Of a stretch of DNA of 64,000 nucleotides, positions 44,801 through 56,644 are shown piece by piece (position 1 is the first letter of the stretch; each line of letters begins with the position of its first letter). Both the position numbers and the translations under genes were made by a program. The notes under the pieces are model-generated. The model saw only the letters and a program-made list of their open reading frames with translations. It did not search any database and had not been told where the DNA came from. The stretch comes from Marsupella aquatica (lineage: Eukaryota > Plantae > Marchantiophyta). Location of the stretch: contig OZ316894.1 in the NCBI GenBank assembly GCA_973895155.1, positions 25,852,709 through 25,916,708 on the forward strand, written 5' to 3'.

Positions 44801-46714
44801 GATGGGAAGGTTGGCTATTGAGCCACTCATTCACTACCAATGGACGTCATACACATGCTGTTGGGTTACATGATCAGGATTACATTCATAATGGAAAGAA
44901 GTTAATAAACCCACTTGATTCCTGCGGCCAGAACTTTGAAGCTGGGAACAGAGGTGGTTGGAATCAGTAACTTGGACACTCTCCAACGTTTATATAGCAA
45001 CTTGGATCATGGGTTGAACAAAGGTGATGTTAAACGAAATGATAGACAGAATTGGGCCAGTGCACAACGATTATGTAGTAGAAAAGTTGTGAAGGCACTA
45101 AGAATGCTTCGTGAAAGGAAAGATGCAAGAGTTGAGCGAACTCTGGGGATTGAGATGTATCTCACAATATGTGGTGATTACTTGGATATCTTTATGAATC
45201 CTTGTCTCACCTTGAGAGAGCGGGTTGTGCTATGTGCCAAAGTTAGTTTCTTTCTTCGCCTTTGGCGATTATGGTGTTTTCATGGAAATCATAGTGTTGG
45301 AGGTAACACGACAACAATCAATTTTACTGTGAGCTGTGTCCCTATGCAGACATTTCTTGATATTCACATGTCTGTGCACTTTGTGGTACTTCTAATTATC
45401 CAATTCAGGGATAATTTCAGACATTTGCCAAATGTGCCATTGCATTTGACAGGATCTGATGCATGTGAATAGTTTTTCTCCAAAGTAGGAGGAATGAAAG
45501 GGAATGAGCGTAGTTATGATTTTTCTGAGTTGATTGACTGTGCAACATCATTGAATAGGTTGGCTGCAATGGATCTCAGCAAAGGGATCAGAGGGGCTGG
45601 AAAAAGTCACAAGAAGCATTGCAATATTTGGATGAAATTGCATCCGATACCGATACAAGTTGGTACTTCTGTTAATCCTGTAGACTACACAGGTATTGAA
45701 ACCAATGAGGAAGTTGTGATAGCCCTGAAAGAAGGGTTACTTTTAGCCCAGACTGTAGGAATCGAGTTGCAGATGAATCCATCTACATCTTGTAGGGATA
45801 AAGTATGGTGGGAATCACCTTGGATTACTGAAAAAAGGGGTCCAAGTTTGGAGGATGGTGTGATGTTAAGGTGGAGGATCTTGCACCTGTTGATAGTGAT
45901 GATGAAGAATTAGGCGGGGAGATCAGGCAAATTGCAGCTAATGTAACCATCCCTACACTTCCAACTGATATTGCAATGGCAGAAGGTAGTGAGATCAGTG
46001 AAGATAGTGAAAGGCCAAGCATTGCAATAATAGGAGATCATTGTTCAACTGTTATGTCTGAAATGCATTCAGACTTGTTGTATGGACAACCTGTTCTTGA
46101 CATCAGACCAATTGTGAGTTTTGATGGTCGGAGCATATACAAGAGCAGATTGGTAAGCCAACTAGTTGGTAACCCCAATGTAAGTAAAGATCGTTTGACT
46201 AGAGTGAAACATAGCTTGTACTTCAACAATTTAGTTGATGCACCCAAAGATTGAGCAGGAGCAGTCACCATGTTCATGACTATGGGTAGTGATTGTGGAG
46301 TTCTCTTTGCTGATACAACAGTACAGACTCGGGCCACAAGAGCCACTGAGGCTATTCAAAAAGCCATGAAAGGGAAAAGAGCAAGGAAAGAATGTGGGAC
46401 AACAAACGGATCTTCTGCTCCCAATCCAAAAAAGCCAAGGGGAGAACCTGTGAAAGTTACCATAGTACCTGATACCCTTAAGTACACTTGGTGGATAGGG
46501 AGGGTACAATGCATCCAACAAAAATATCAGGGTCGGGTGATGGGTAGAACAAGACAATCAGTGGATTTACTTGATAGGCCTGGCAATGAAGAAGTTGTAA
46601 GAGTTCGTTTTGAATGGTTTTCAAGGATTGGAAATAGTAAGCACAAATTTGCTTACAATGTTTGTGATCCTCAGTGGATCGATTTGGATTGTGTGATATC
46701 AAACGTGACACTAT

Positions 46715-47135
46715 TGTTGGGTATTTACTCTTACGTCTAGGTTAGGTATGACGTGGTTGGTACAACAACGTGGGTTGGTACAACTACGTGGTTAGGTACA
46801 ACTACGTGATTAAGTACAACTATGTGGTTAGGTACAACTATGTGGTTAGGTACAACTATGTGGTTAGGTACAACTAAGTTGCACACTATATCATAAGAGG
46901 CATGTGTGCTTGGAGAGGTAGAACCAAGGCTCATTGTTATGGAGCCACTTGAGAGATAGGGAGAGCTTACACTGTGGAGACTCGGTATAGTCGACGGGCT
47001 TAAAGTTCAGTAAAGCTCTCTTGTGTGTTCCCGTGGACGTAGCCTCAAGGAGGTGAACCACGTATCTCTTGTGTCGACTATTGTGCGTTGGATGGTTCAT
47101 GGGCTTGCCGTTGCGATCGTCGTCTATGCTCGACA
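46715..47135 (+). repeat. 5' LTR, containing an 18-bp tandem array (gtggttaggtacaacta(c/t) x ~7)
   Basis: Direct repeat of 52024-52444; array at ~46752-46876. Confidence 0.95.
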
Positions 47136-47558
47136 ATTGGTATCAGAGCATGCTTGGGAGATGACGTGTGTTCGTGACGGGATTTCATGACAGTTTTTCC
47201 AGCGTTGAGTGTCGGTGGATTTCCCAGAGTTCCGTCACATGGAACTTGGAGTTTATGGGCTCAACGGATAGATCAGGGCAAGAGCTTTCTAACGGTGTGA
47301 AGAAATTGATGAACGGAGCTCGTGGTGCAGAGAGATCTAAGTTTTCATCGTTCTGGATTTTGTGAAGAAAGTTGGCAATCGACTCAGAGGGAGAACCGTC
47401 AAGTGTTTTGACTCAACGGAGAGATTGAGGCAAGACGATTGTTTTGAGTCCGGGATTGGCTCTTTGATGCAAAGAGGAAGGCTAAGCAAAATCAATTACC
47501 TTGTTGGACTTGGTGACGGCACCAAGTGCAATTGATCAACATTCGTTGTTGACAAGAC

Positions 47559-50500
47559 GTGGAACTTGAAGCACGAGGATCATCGCGGAGGTTTCAGGGG
47601 CAGAGAGAGGAGCAGGAGGAAGAGCACGTGACACCGATACCATCACCGGTGCGGCGTGTGGTGGAGGAAGCAGTACTACTACCGGAGCTCACGGTAGTGC
47701 CAAAGAAGAAGATGGGGACTTTCAAGCTTGGGGGACCCAAGTATGAAGTGACAAAGTATGATGGGCGCTCTGACTACTTGCTATGGGAGAAGCAGGTGAA
47801 GGGAGTGCTATATGCGTCAGGGATGGGCCAATTGCTGAGCCCTCGTGAAGACGATGTTGATGAGAAACAATGGGACCGCATGCAGGAGCAGGGAGTGTGG
47901 TGTGTTACACTCTATCTCATGCCTCCCATCATCAAGCAGTTGGGTGCACATAAGGATTGTATGTCCTTGTTTGCGGAATTGCAGAGCAAGTATCACCGCA
48001 AGGAGTTGTCAAACCGGCTCTACACTTCCTACAAACTGATGAGTTTCAAGATGAAAGAATCCGGTACGAAGTTGCAAGACCATGTGGATGCTTTCAACGA
48101 CATGGTCGTTGACTTGGAAAACCTTGGGGAGACTTTGAATGATGAGACGAAGGCTCTGCAGCTTCTTAGTTCATTGCCTCCATCTTACCAATCCCTATCA
48201 CGAGTGTTGTTGCATCGTGATACGGATACCATTTCATACAATGACGTGGTAAGTTCTCTGCTTAGTGATGATCTTCAGCAGAAGATGCACATCACGTCAC
48301 AGCCTTCATCATCTGGTGCTGCCCTCAATGTTAACCGTGGGAGGAGTATGTAGCGACCAACTGGGGACCGTAGAACCCAGTTTAGATCTAAATCCAGATC
48401 TAAGTCCAAGGGTAAATCCCCTCAGAGGAGGCAGGTGACATGTTGGAAGTGCAACCAAGTTGGACACTTCAAGCGAGACTATAAGGGAAAGGCAGTGGAA
48501 ACTTCATCGGCAAATATGGCTAGGGCTGATGGAGAAGCTGATTTACTCAATGATGAGTATGTTCTATGAAGCCGGGGGTATGCCCTGTGCACGTCATCTA
48601 GGAGAGCAGATGATATGTGGATTCTTGATTGTGCTTGCTCTTTTCATATTTGTAACATTCGTGAGTTTTTCAGTTCTTACTCTGTTTCAAACGGTTCAGT
48701 TCTGATGGGAAATGATCACTCCTGTCAAATTGAGGGAATTGGGTCTGTGAAGATTCAAATGTTTGATGGCGCTGTGCGCACAGTGTCCAGAGTCAGGTAT
48801 GTACCTGGCATGCGTAAGAATCTGATTTCACTCGGTGTGTTGGATTCAAATGGTCATCAATGGTGCGTTATTGATGGTGAACTTCAAGTCAGGTCGGGAG
48901 AGACAGTGATTTTGAAGGGGAGTAGACAAAAAAAAATGTATGCGTTACAGGGCAATACTGTATGTGGAGAGGCCAATGTAACCAAGTCTCACGAGGAGAT
49001 GACTCAACTGTGGCATTTACGGCTAGGTCACATGAGTGAGAAGGGTTTGGCTATCTTACAGAAGAATGGACTCATTTCTGATTTGCAATCTTATAAATTA
49101 GAGTTTTGTGAGCATTGCATTCTTGGAAAGCAGCATCGTCGTGCTTTTGGTGTTGGAACTCATCGTTCCAAAGCGGTTCTTGAGTACATACATAGTGACG
49201 TGTGGGGTCCATCCCCGACTCCCTCACACTCTGGAAAGTTATACTATGTATCATTTATTGATGATTACTCAAGATTTGTGTGAATTTATTTCATGACGCA
49301 TAAGTCTGATGTCTTATCCATTTTTAAGAAGTGGAAGGCCTAGGTGGAGAATCAGACTGGAAACACGATCAAGTGTTTGGATACAAGGGTGAAGAGTCTG
49401 AGGTCAGACAATGGCGGGGAGTACACTTCAATGGAATTTGAAGAGTACTATTCAGAACAAGGGATAACTCGCCATCTCACCACAGTTTATACTCCACAGC
49501 AGAATGGTGTCGCTGAGAGGCTCAATCGAACACTGTTGGAGCGGTCACGGAGTATGTTGAGCCAATCAGGTTTACCACAAGAATTTTGGGCAGAAGCTGT
49601 CAATACCGCAGCTTATTTGGTAAATCTTTCTCCTTCTAGTGCTATCAATTTCAAAACGCCGTTTGAGATGCGCTATAAGCGGTAAGCAGACTATCATGGC
49701 TTGGTAGTTTTTGGAAGTGATGCATATGCTCTCACACCGAAGCAGAATAGGACCAAGTTGGATCCTACCTCCAAGAAATGTATTTTTCTTGGGTACCAGA
49801 GTGGTGTGAAAGCCTATAGGCTATGGGATCCTATTGCCTGTAAGCTCGTTGTCAGTAGGGATGTTTCCTTCAATGAATCCAGATTATTGAAAGAGGGGGA
49901 GAATACTCAGGTCTCCCGTACTGACAAAGGAAAATCTCCTATCCCGGATCTCGTTGAGGGGGAGATTGGTTATGAGGTGCATGACCGGAGAGAAGGAGTT
50001 GCTCCAATTATGGAGCTGGTTCCTGTGCCAGAGGAACCAGAGGAGTTTGTTGATGCTGGTGAGCAGCAAGTGGATGTTGTTGAGCTTCAAATTGTACCAG
50101 CACACGCAGATCAACCGGAGTCATCGGCTATAAGAACATCTGGTCGCACTGTACGCGCTCCACCAAGGTATGGACAGTGGGTTGATTCATCTCAACTGCA
50201 AGAGGATGATTTTACAGCTGATGATGAGGGTGATGCGTTAATTTTGGAAGAAGGGGAACCTTCTTCATTTCATGAGGCAAGTGCTTCAAAGGAGAAGCAG
50301 AAGTGGACTGCAGCAATCCAAACGGAGATCCAATCACTAAAGGACAACAAAACTTGGGAGCTTGTTAAGCTGCCTAAGGGTCAGCAAGTGGTGGACAACA
50401 AGTGGATTTACAAGCTGAAGGATAATTCCATAGGAGGTGGATCGAAGGTCTACAAGGCTAGGTTGGTAGCAAAGGGATTCACACAAGAGAAAGGTGTGGA

Positions 50501-51834
50501 TTACAATGAGGTCTTCTTACCAGTTGCTAAGTACTCTACAATACGACTATTGTGTGTACTTGTTGTAATGTTTGGTCTGCTGCTAGATCAGATGGATGTT
50601 GTCACAGCTTTCCTCTATGGCACATTGGAAGAGGTGATCTTCATGAGACAACCGCTAGGTTTTGTGAAGAGAGGACAGGAGGAATTGGTTTGCAGATTGC
50701 TGAAATCCTTGTATGGGTTGAAGCAGTCACCAAGACAGTGGAACAAGCGGTTTGACGATTGGATTCGATCACAAGGTTTTCACAGAAGTCTATTTGACCC
50801 TTGTGTGTATTTGAAACCGGTAAAGAATATTATCTTTGGGTTCATTGTTTTAGTACTATGATATGCTAATTGCAGCCAAGGATAGGTCTGAGATTGTTAA
50901 GCTCAAGGCACTGCTTAGTGCAGAGTTTAAGATGAAGGACTTAGGGCCAGCTAAGAGGATTTTGGGTATGGAGATCACTAGGGACTTGGAGGCTGGCAAG
51001 CTATGGTTGACGCAGAGCAGTTATGCGAGGAAGGTAATTGCAAGGTTCAACATGGGGAATAGCAAGCCAGTAAGTACCCCGTTGGCTCCACACTTCAAGT
51101 TATCATCAGCGTTCTGTCCTACGAATGACACAGAGAAGGGGTTGATGTCAAAGGTTCCGTATGACAAGGCAGTGGGGAGTCTCATGTATTTGATGACTTG
51201 CACTAGACCTGATCTTGCCATGGCTATGGGCAAGGTGAGCAGGTACATGTCGAATCCAGGGAAGGTACACTAGGAAGCAGTGAAGTGGATTATCAGGTAC
51301 TTGAAGGGTACCGTGGATCATGGTCTTTTATTTGATGCGAATGCAAAGAATGCTAAATCATTGATTGACTATGTTGATTCTGACTATGGACAAGATTTGG
51401 ACCGAAGGAGATGAACAACAGGATACGTGTTCACACTTGGCGGTGGATGCATAAGTTGGAGGTCTACTTTGCAGAAGTGTATTGCTCAGTCTACTACAGA
51501 AGCGGAGTATGTTGCAGTTGCGGAAGCATCCAAGGAAGCGATTTGGTTGGATAGACTTATCACTGAAATGGGATTGCCACAGGGGAATGTGAAGCTCCAT
51601 TGTGATAGTCAAAATGCGCTCCACCTTGCTATGAACCAGGTGATGGACAGCAGAGTGAAGCACATTGACGTCAGGTACCATTTTATCAGGCAGGCTGTGT
51701 TTGATAATTTGTTTGAGCTAGTCAAGATTGATGGTAAACTCAACCCGGCTGACGCATTTACCAAAGTGATTCCTTTGGAGAGTTTCTCTAGACACCGTGA
51801 CGTATTGCAGGTTTTGCAATTGCATCACAAGTAG
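47559..51834 (+). pseudogene. Copia gag-pol polyprotein pseudogene
   Basis: UBN2-like gag, knuckle CWKCNQVGHFKRDY, protease WILDCACSFH, GAG-pre-integrase LWHLRLGH, integrase HSDVWGP/RSDNGGEY/QNGVAER, RT KARLVAKG/QMDVVTAFL/LYGLKQSPRQW, RNase H STTEAEY/KHIDVRYHF. About 7 in-frame stops and one frameshift. Confidence 0.95.
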
Positions 51835-52023
51835 AGTTTTCTTAACATTCATTGTAATTACTGATATATGCTATTCCTCATTCCTATATATTAGGCTACA
51901 GCTTAGTTCTGGTTTGCTCTAGTTAGAGAGGGAAACCGGTTTGGTTTTTGTCCAGAACTTCCCGCTGAGGGATCATATACATTGGCAGTATTACTCTCCC
52001 TAGACCAGAGTCAAGGGGAAGAT

Positions 52024-52444
52024 TGTTGGGTATTTACTCTTACGTCTAGGTTAGGTATGACGTGGTTGGTACAACAACGTGGGTTGGTACAACTACGTGG
52101 TTAGGTACAACTACGTGATTAGGTACAACTATGTGGTTAGGTACAACTACGTGATTAGGTACAACTATGTGGTTAGGTACAACTAAGTTGCACACTATAT
52201 CATAAGAGGCATGTGTGCTTGGAGAGGTAGAACCAAGGCTCATTGTTATGGAGCCACTTGAGAGATAGAGAGAGCTTACACTGTGGAGACTCGGTATAGT
52301 CGACGGGCTTAGAGTTTAGTAAAGCTCTCTTGTGTGTTCCCGTGGACGTAGCCTCAAGGAGGTGAACCACGTATCTCTTGTGTCGACTATTGTGCGTTGG
52401 ATGGTTCATGGGCTTGCCGTTGCGATCGTCGTCTATGCTCGACA
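52024..52444 (+). repeat. 3' LTR
   Basis: Direct repeat of 46715-47135. Confidence 0.95.
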
Positions 52445-53699
52445 ACTATCAGTGAACCCCACAACTCCAAATGTTTTTCATTTGCATCCCGCTGATGCAA
52501 ATTTGCTGGATGATTTTGCTAAAGCCCATAAGTGATTGGTATAACAAAGGGGTAAATGGTGATATTCTGAGAATTCAGCCATGCAAGGAGACAAGATTTT
52601 TTCTAAGGCAAGTGCTTAAGATCCTGTTTGCTTTTGTGAACAATTTGATATTCCATTTGATATGACACAGTAAAATATCTGCTCATTAGGCTTACATACT
52701 ACTCCATATAGTAGTTTAATTTGGACAAATCCTTACTGTTTTTGATGTAATTTTTTTTGATTGTGTCCTCGGGATCTTTTGAAGATGGAAGGCAAGAGGA
52801 GGACATATAAATTCCCTAGTGTTCTCTTAGTTCAGATAGGAGTTCTGTATGCACTAAACTTACATGTGTGCCTGGCCTCTTAGTTGAGAACTTCTGCAAA
52901 CACTCTTACATGTTTACAGCAAAATGTTTTCTAGAAATAGTGCTTTTATAAGATTATTAGAACATAGTTGTATAAGTACTTTTACATATACGCCCTTATA
53001 GACAATAGGTAGATTTGTAAGCACTGTTGCATGTGCTAAATCATAGTGAAGCACTCATACATGTCCTAGAACATAGTGAGACACCGTTAAAGTTAAAACA
53101 CTATTATATGTGCTAGAACATAGGGAGACACTCTTATATGACATGCCAAAATTGAGTCTTCTTCTCCATTCCAACACTATTTTTTATATAGATACCTAAT
53201 TTTCTATGGTATACCTTTAATGAGTTTTGTATATATTTTCAATATTTTTCAAAATTTATAATATTTTAAGACCTTTTTTAATGTGATTAATGGTACATTT
53301 ATAATTTTTGCAAGGGGCAAATAAATTCTCTAAGATTAAGTTTTTAAGAATAACAAGAGGTATATCTATTGGTGTCCAAAAATAATAAGGGGTATATGAT
53401 AAGGGGCTGTACGCACGTATACCCCTTACCAATACAAAGACTGGGGCCCCAGGGGCTAAGGGTTGGCCGGTAGATGGATTAGCAATATTATATCATTTTT
53501 AGCTCTAGTTTGTTTATCAAGGGCAGTCAATTTTTAGTCATTTGAAAACTCAGTTATTGAAATTTGTAAATCACAGTTTCTTGAAAGTTGGCTTTCAAAA
53601 TCCATTATTGTGGCCCACGCCAATGTTATCTTGACTCATTTTAGTGGGTTAAAAAAGATTTTTTTTCTAATGGCACTTAGCTCATTGCTTATTTACTAC

Positions 53700-54640
53700 A
53701 AAACATTACATTGGGAGAAGGCCATCTGTAAGGATGAACACTAGGTTGGATGGTGAACGGTGGTGTGGCCCGTGTGAGGATAGTGCACATGAGGATTCTC
53801 TTCACTGCCTTTGGAGTTGCTCTGATTCTAAACTGATAGTGGATTGCAAAAGTAATGCAGTGTGCTTGTAATGGGGATAGGTTGGTTCACTTTGGAGTGA
53901 TACATGCATTATTGGGGGCTCCATTGTCTGGAATTCCTCGGGGTTTTACCCTCAAACTTTGGCAGATTGTATGAGGGATTACTATTTGACAGCTTTGGAA
54001 AGATTGATGTTTGCTGGAAAACAAGAAGGTGCACTTTGCGGTTGTGGGTATCAATAACATTATTTGGAAGGAGATTTGTTGAATGAAGGTTGCATGGAAT
54101 CTGGGGTTAGCTCTTATGGCTGAGGTGGGCGGTGGCAGGATGTGCCATGATTTTGGCTGTGAAGGGGGGCTGTATAGTATCAAGGATGGCATGTTCCTTG
54201 TTGACTACAAACCATTTGGGGCTTGTGACCCTCCATGAGGCATAGGTCTTAGTGTTCACCTTGTTTTGCTATTGTTTTATTTTGGTGATCCGAGGTGGTT
54301 AGTGTGTTAGGTGCATTGTTTTGTTTGAATATGGTTAATCGGCTCTGGATTTTGGCCTTGAGACAGATGCTTAGTTTTCAGTGAATGTTGTTTTCTCTCT
54401 GTGTTCTTTGGGGCTGAGTCAGCCCTCAGATTTGCGTTTTTGCTTAGTTTCTAGTTTCTGAGTGGGTGACATGTTGTCACATTCCATTCTCAATCCTTTT
54501 TATCCCTTGTCCTCAAGATTGGATGCGTGGGTGACTTTTGATCGTTGATCTTTATTGATCTGGCCACTTTTACTCCATGTTTTACTGGGTTTTACTTTTC
54601 CTATAAGTAAAGTGTCCTTTTCAAGACTTAAAAAAGAACT
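53700..54640 (+). mobile_element. 5'-truncated, degraded L1-type LINE remnant
   Basis: 53761 onward translates as WCGPCEDSAHEDSLHCLWSC, the CxxC..E..H..C zinc finger at the C-terminus of LINE ORF2 (zf-RVT-like). HALLG and IIWKE fragments and a T-rich 3' region follow. Boundaries are approximate. Confidence 0.55.
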
Positions 54641-54848
54641 TAGATTCAATTAACTATCTATGGAAATGTCATGGCTGAGACCCTGAAAGCTATCCTTATG
54701 TCTAGGGAGATCTAATGATCATTTAAAAATCCAGTAAATTAGTACATCAAGAATGTTCTTAGCATCTCCTCCTTTATTCAAACTAATATTCCCACCCTGG
54801 CCAATTTTAGAAATCCTTAAAAGTACATTCTGTAGCACTACCCCTTCA

Positions 54849-56644
54849 GAGCATCTGCAACCCAACTGGGTTTTGCTACTATAACTGGGTGTTGACCAAA
54901 CCCAATAAATAAAATCTAAAAAATCAGGTCCAACCCACTCACTATATGGATTTCAGGAAGACAGTTTTTTGGTCATTGGATCTGTATATGGGGGAGATTA
55001 TACAGTAATTGACTGCTCCGTATTGCATTTGTTACTGGTTTTCAATATAGCATACTCATCCTGGAACATGAAAAGTTATTTTGTCCTCTAGCAAAAAGTT
55101 TAAGTTTTTTAGTGAAATACAGGTGATCTATTTTTTGTGGCAAATATAAATAGGACATTGATTAGGAACATACTCATCCTGGAACATGAAAAGTTATTTT
55201 GTCCTCTAGCAAAAAGTTTAAGTTTTTTAGTGAAATACAGGTGATCTATTTTTTGTGGCAAATATAAATAGGACATTGATTAGGAACATACTCATCCTGG
55301 AACATGAAAAGTTATTTTGTCCTCTAGCAAAAAGTTTAAGTTTTTTAGTGAAATACAGGTGATCTATTTTTTGTGGCAAATATAAATAGGACATTGATTA
55401 GGAAGCGGGACATTGAAAAGTTGTGCACGATAAGGTACAAGAATAAAAGTACACATGTAAAGAAAGTAATAATGAACAGGAAAAATTTAAGTCTATGGTA
55501 TTAGTTCGTGGACCCCTTGGCTAATTAACAACATGGTTATCACAAGCAATTGTCAAAATCAGGCCTTTTCGTTACATGCTACCAAATTCTCAAGCTACTA
55601 GAGTCACAATTCAATCTATGGCAAGTCCATTTGCAATTAGATGAATGTCTGATCAAATGAATTGTATCACTTAAGTTCAAGTAGGACCATGGCTAGGAGT
55701 TTCCCTTGATTGCAGTGGGCCGAAAATCTTACTCCAGGTGCCAATTATCCTTTAACAAGGAAGTTATCAAGTTAGTTACTAGCCATTATTTATTATATGA
55801 AAAATACTTTTTATAAATCTTTGAATTTAAGTTTTAAAATTGAAAATGTAACTAAAACGGTTACATAGTGACAGTTTTAACCATCTTGCTCTTTGCATTT
55901 TCAATTTTTTACATTTCTTTTTACGGCATGGCGTCCCAAAATTTACACTCAAATTGACACAAACACGAATGAAGATTATAAGTTTGATTCAAAAAATCGA
56001 TGAGTCTTGTTTGTTGGGGTTGTTGTTGATGTGGCACACTGTGGTGCCAGGAATTTTGGAAGGGACCTCTAGTGGGGTCCGTAATAATGAACAGGAAAAA
56101 TTTAAGTCTATGGTATTGGGTTCTGCACATACTATACACCAGTAAAGATACTTATGTACTTATCTTAGGTAATGACACTCAAATGAATTAAAATCATAAA
56201 TTTAGGACACAAAACCATGAGTAGAACTTAAAGACATGAGGAGTGCACTTTAATTAGATCATTTCTTCTTCACTAAGGGCTAGAACTTCCTTGAGCTTTG
56301 TTAAAGGGTGGATGATCAAAAGTATAGTAAAGATTGAAAAATTTAGAGGGGTGCCAGATTAAATTCAAATCTAAAGTATACAAGGGATGCACCTTGGTAA
56401 GACACATTGAATTAAAATATACAAGAAAAAAAGTTTGAATAAGACAAAATACTGGAAAATGGATTCACCATACAGCAGTTTCATTCTATGTTTGCATTTG
56501 TTACTGGTTTTCAATATCTCAATCTACAGTTATCACATCTTGATAGGATTGGGTATGCTTTTCAGTTAGCCCCTTTGAGATACGTACAGTGGGCACTGTC
56601 ATTAAATACCCACTAAGCAAAACCCCTTTGGGTTGGAGATGCTC
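54849..56644. mobile_element. Non-autonomous PIF/Harbinger (Tourist-like) element, ~1.8 kb
   Basis: ~29-bp TIRs gagcatctgcaacccaactgggttttgct and agcaaaacccctttgggttggagatgctc. 3-bp TSD TCA at 54846-54848 and 56645-56647. AT-rich interior with no transposase ORF. Confidence 0.82.
55051..55404. repeat. 118-bp tandem repeat, 3 apparently identical copies
   Basis: catactcatcctggaacatg...ggacattgattaggaa begins at 55051, 55169 and 55287. Confidence 0.95.

Larger units (their letters stand above)
46715..52444 (+). mobile_element. Full-length Ty1/Copia LTR retrotransposon (5,730 bp), coding-defective
   Basis: 421-bp LTRs at 46715-47135 and 52024-52444 (TG..CA, about 6 substitutions). TSD ACTAT at 46710-46714 and 52445-52449. 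PBS tggtatcagagc at 47138-47149; PPT at ~52007-52023. Domain order gag-PR-IN-RT-RH. Confidence 0.97.
42065..52535 (+). pseudogene. Disrupted P-like DDE transposase (~1500 aa reconstructed): coding 42065-44276 and 44387-46714, then 52450-52535 after the Copia insertion
   Basis: Motifs YLAEDET, GHASDGD, HDQDYIHNGKKLIN, DRQNW and GSDACE*FFSKVGG; two CxxC...H...H fingers; GT-AG intron 44277-44386. Frameshifts near 43440, 44760, 44920 and 45865; stops at 45470 and 46252. Removing the Copia restores NVTLSVNPTTPNVFHLHPADANLLDDFAKAHK*. Confidence 0.8.
36980..53454 (+). mobile_element. Large cut-and-paste DNA transposon, P-element-superfamily-like (16,475 bp; ~10,740 bp without the nested Copia)
   Basis: Exact 8-bp direct repeat GCTAAGGG at 36972-36979 and 53455-53462. 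Imperfect TIRs ccctaggcccctag (36980-36993) and ctggggccccaggg (53441-53454) match at 11/14 positions. Internal DDE transposase with a D(2)H motif. Confidence 0.75.

Noticed and set aside
42065-46714. hAT, Mutator or Kolobok assignment for the transposase
   Set aside because: It has DxxH rather than CxxH, I see no hAT dimerisation or RW motifs, and the TSD is not TTAA. This rests on motif reading only and needs an HMM or structure check.
46737-46934. VVPNH-repeat peptide ORFs (also 52046-52243)
   Set aside because: Translation artefact of the 18-bp array in the LTRs.
48567-48569. Programmed gag-pol stop-codon readthrough
   Set aside because: It is one of many in-frame stops in this decayed copy and is explicable as CGA>TGA; it would only be credible if conserved in all family copies.
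53400-53444. Helitron 3' end (hairpin followed by CTGG)
   Set aside because: The CTRR is followed by G rather than T, no Rep/helicase motifs are present, and the site is better explained by the TIR plus 8-bp TSD.
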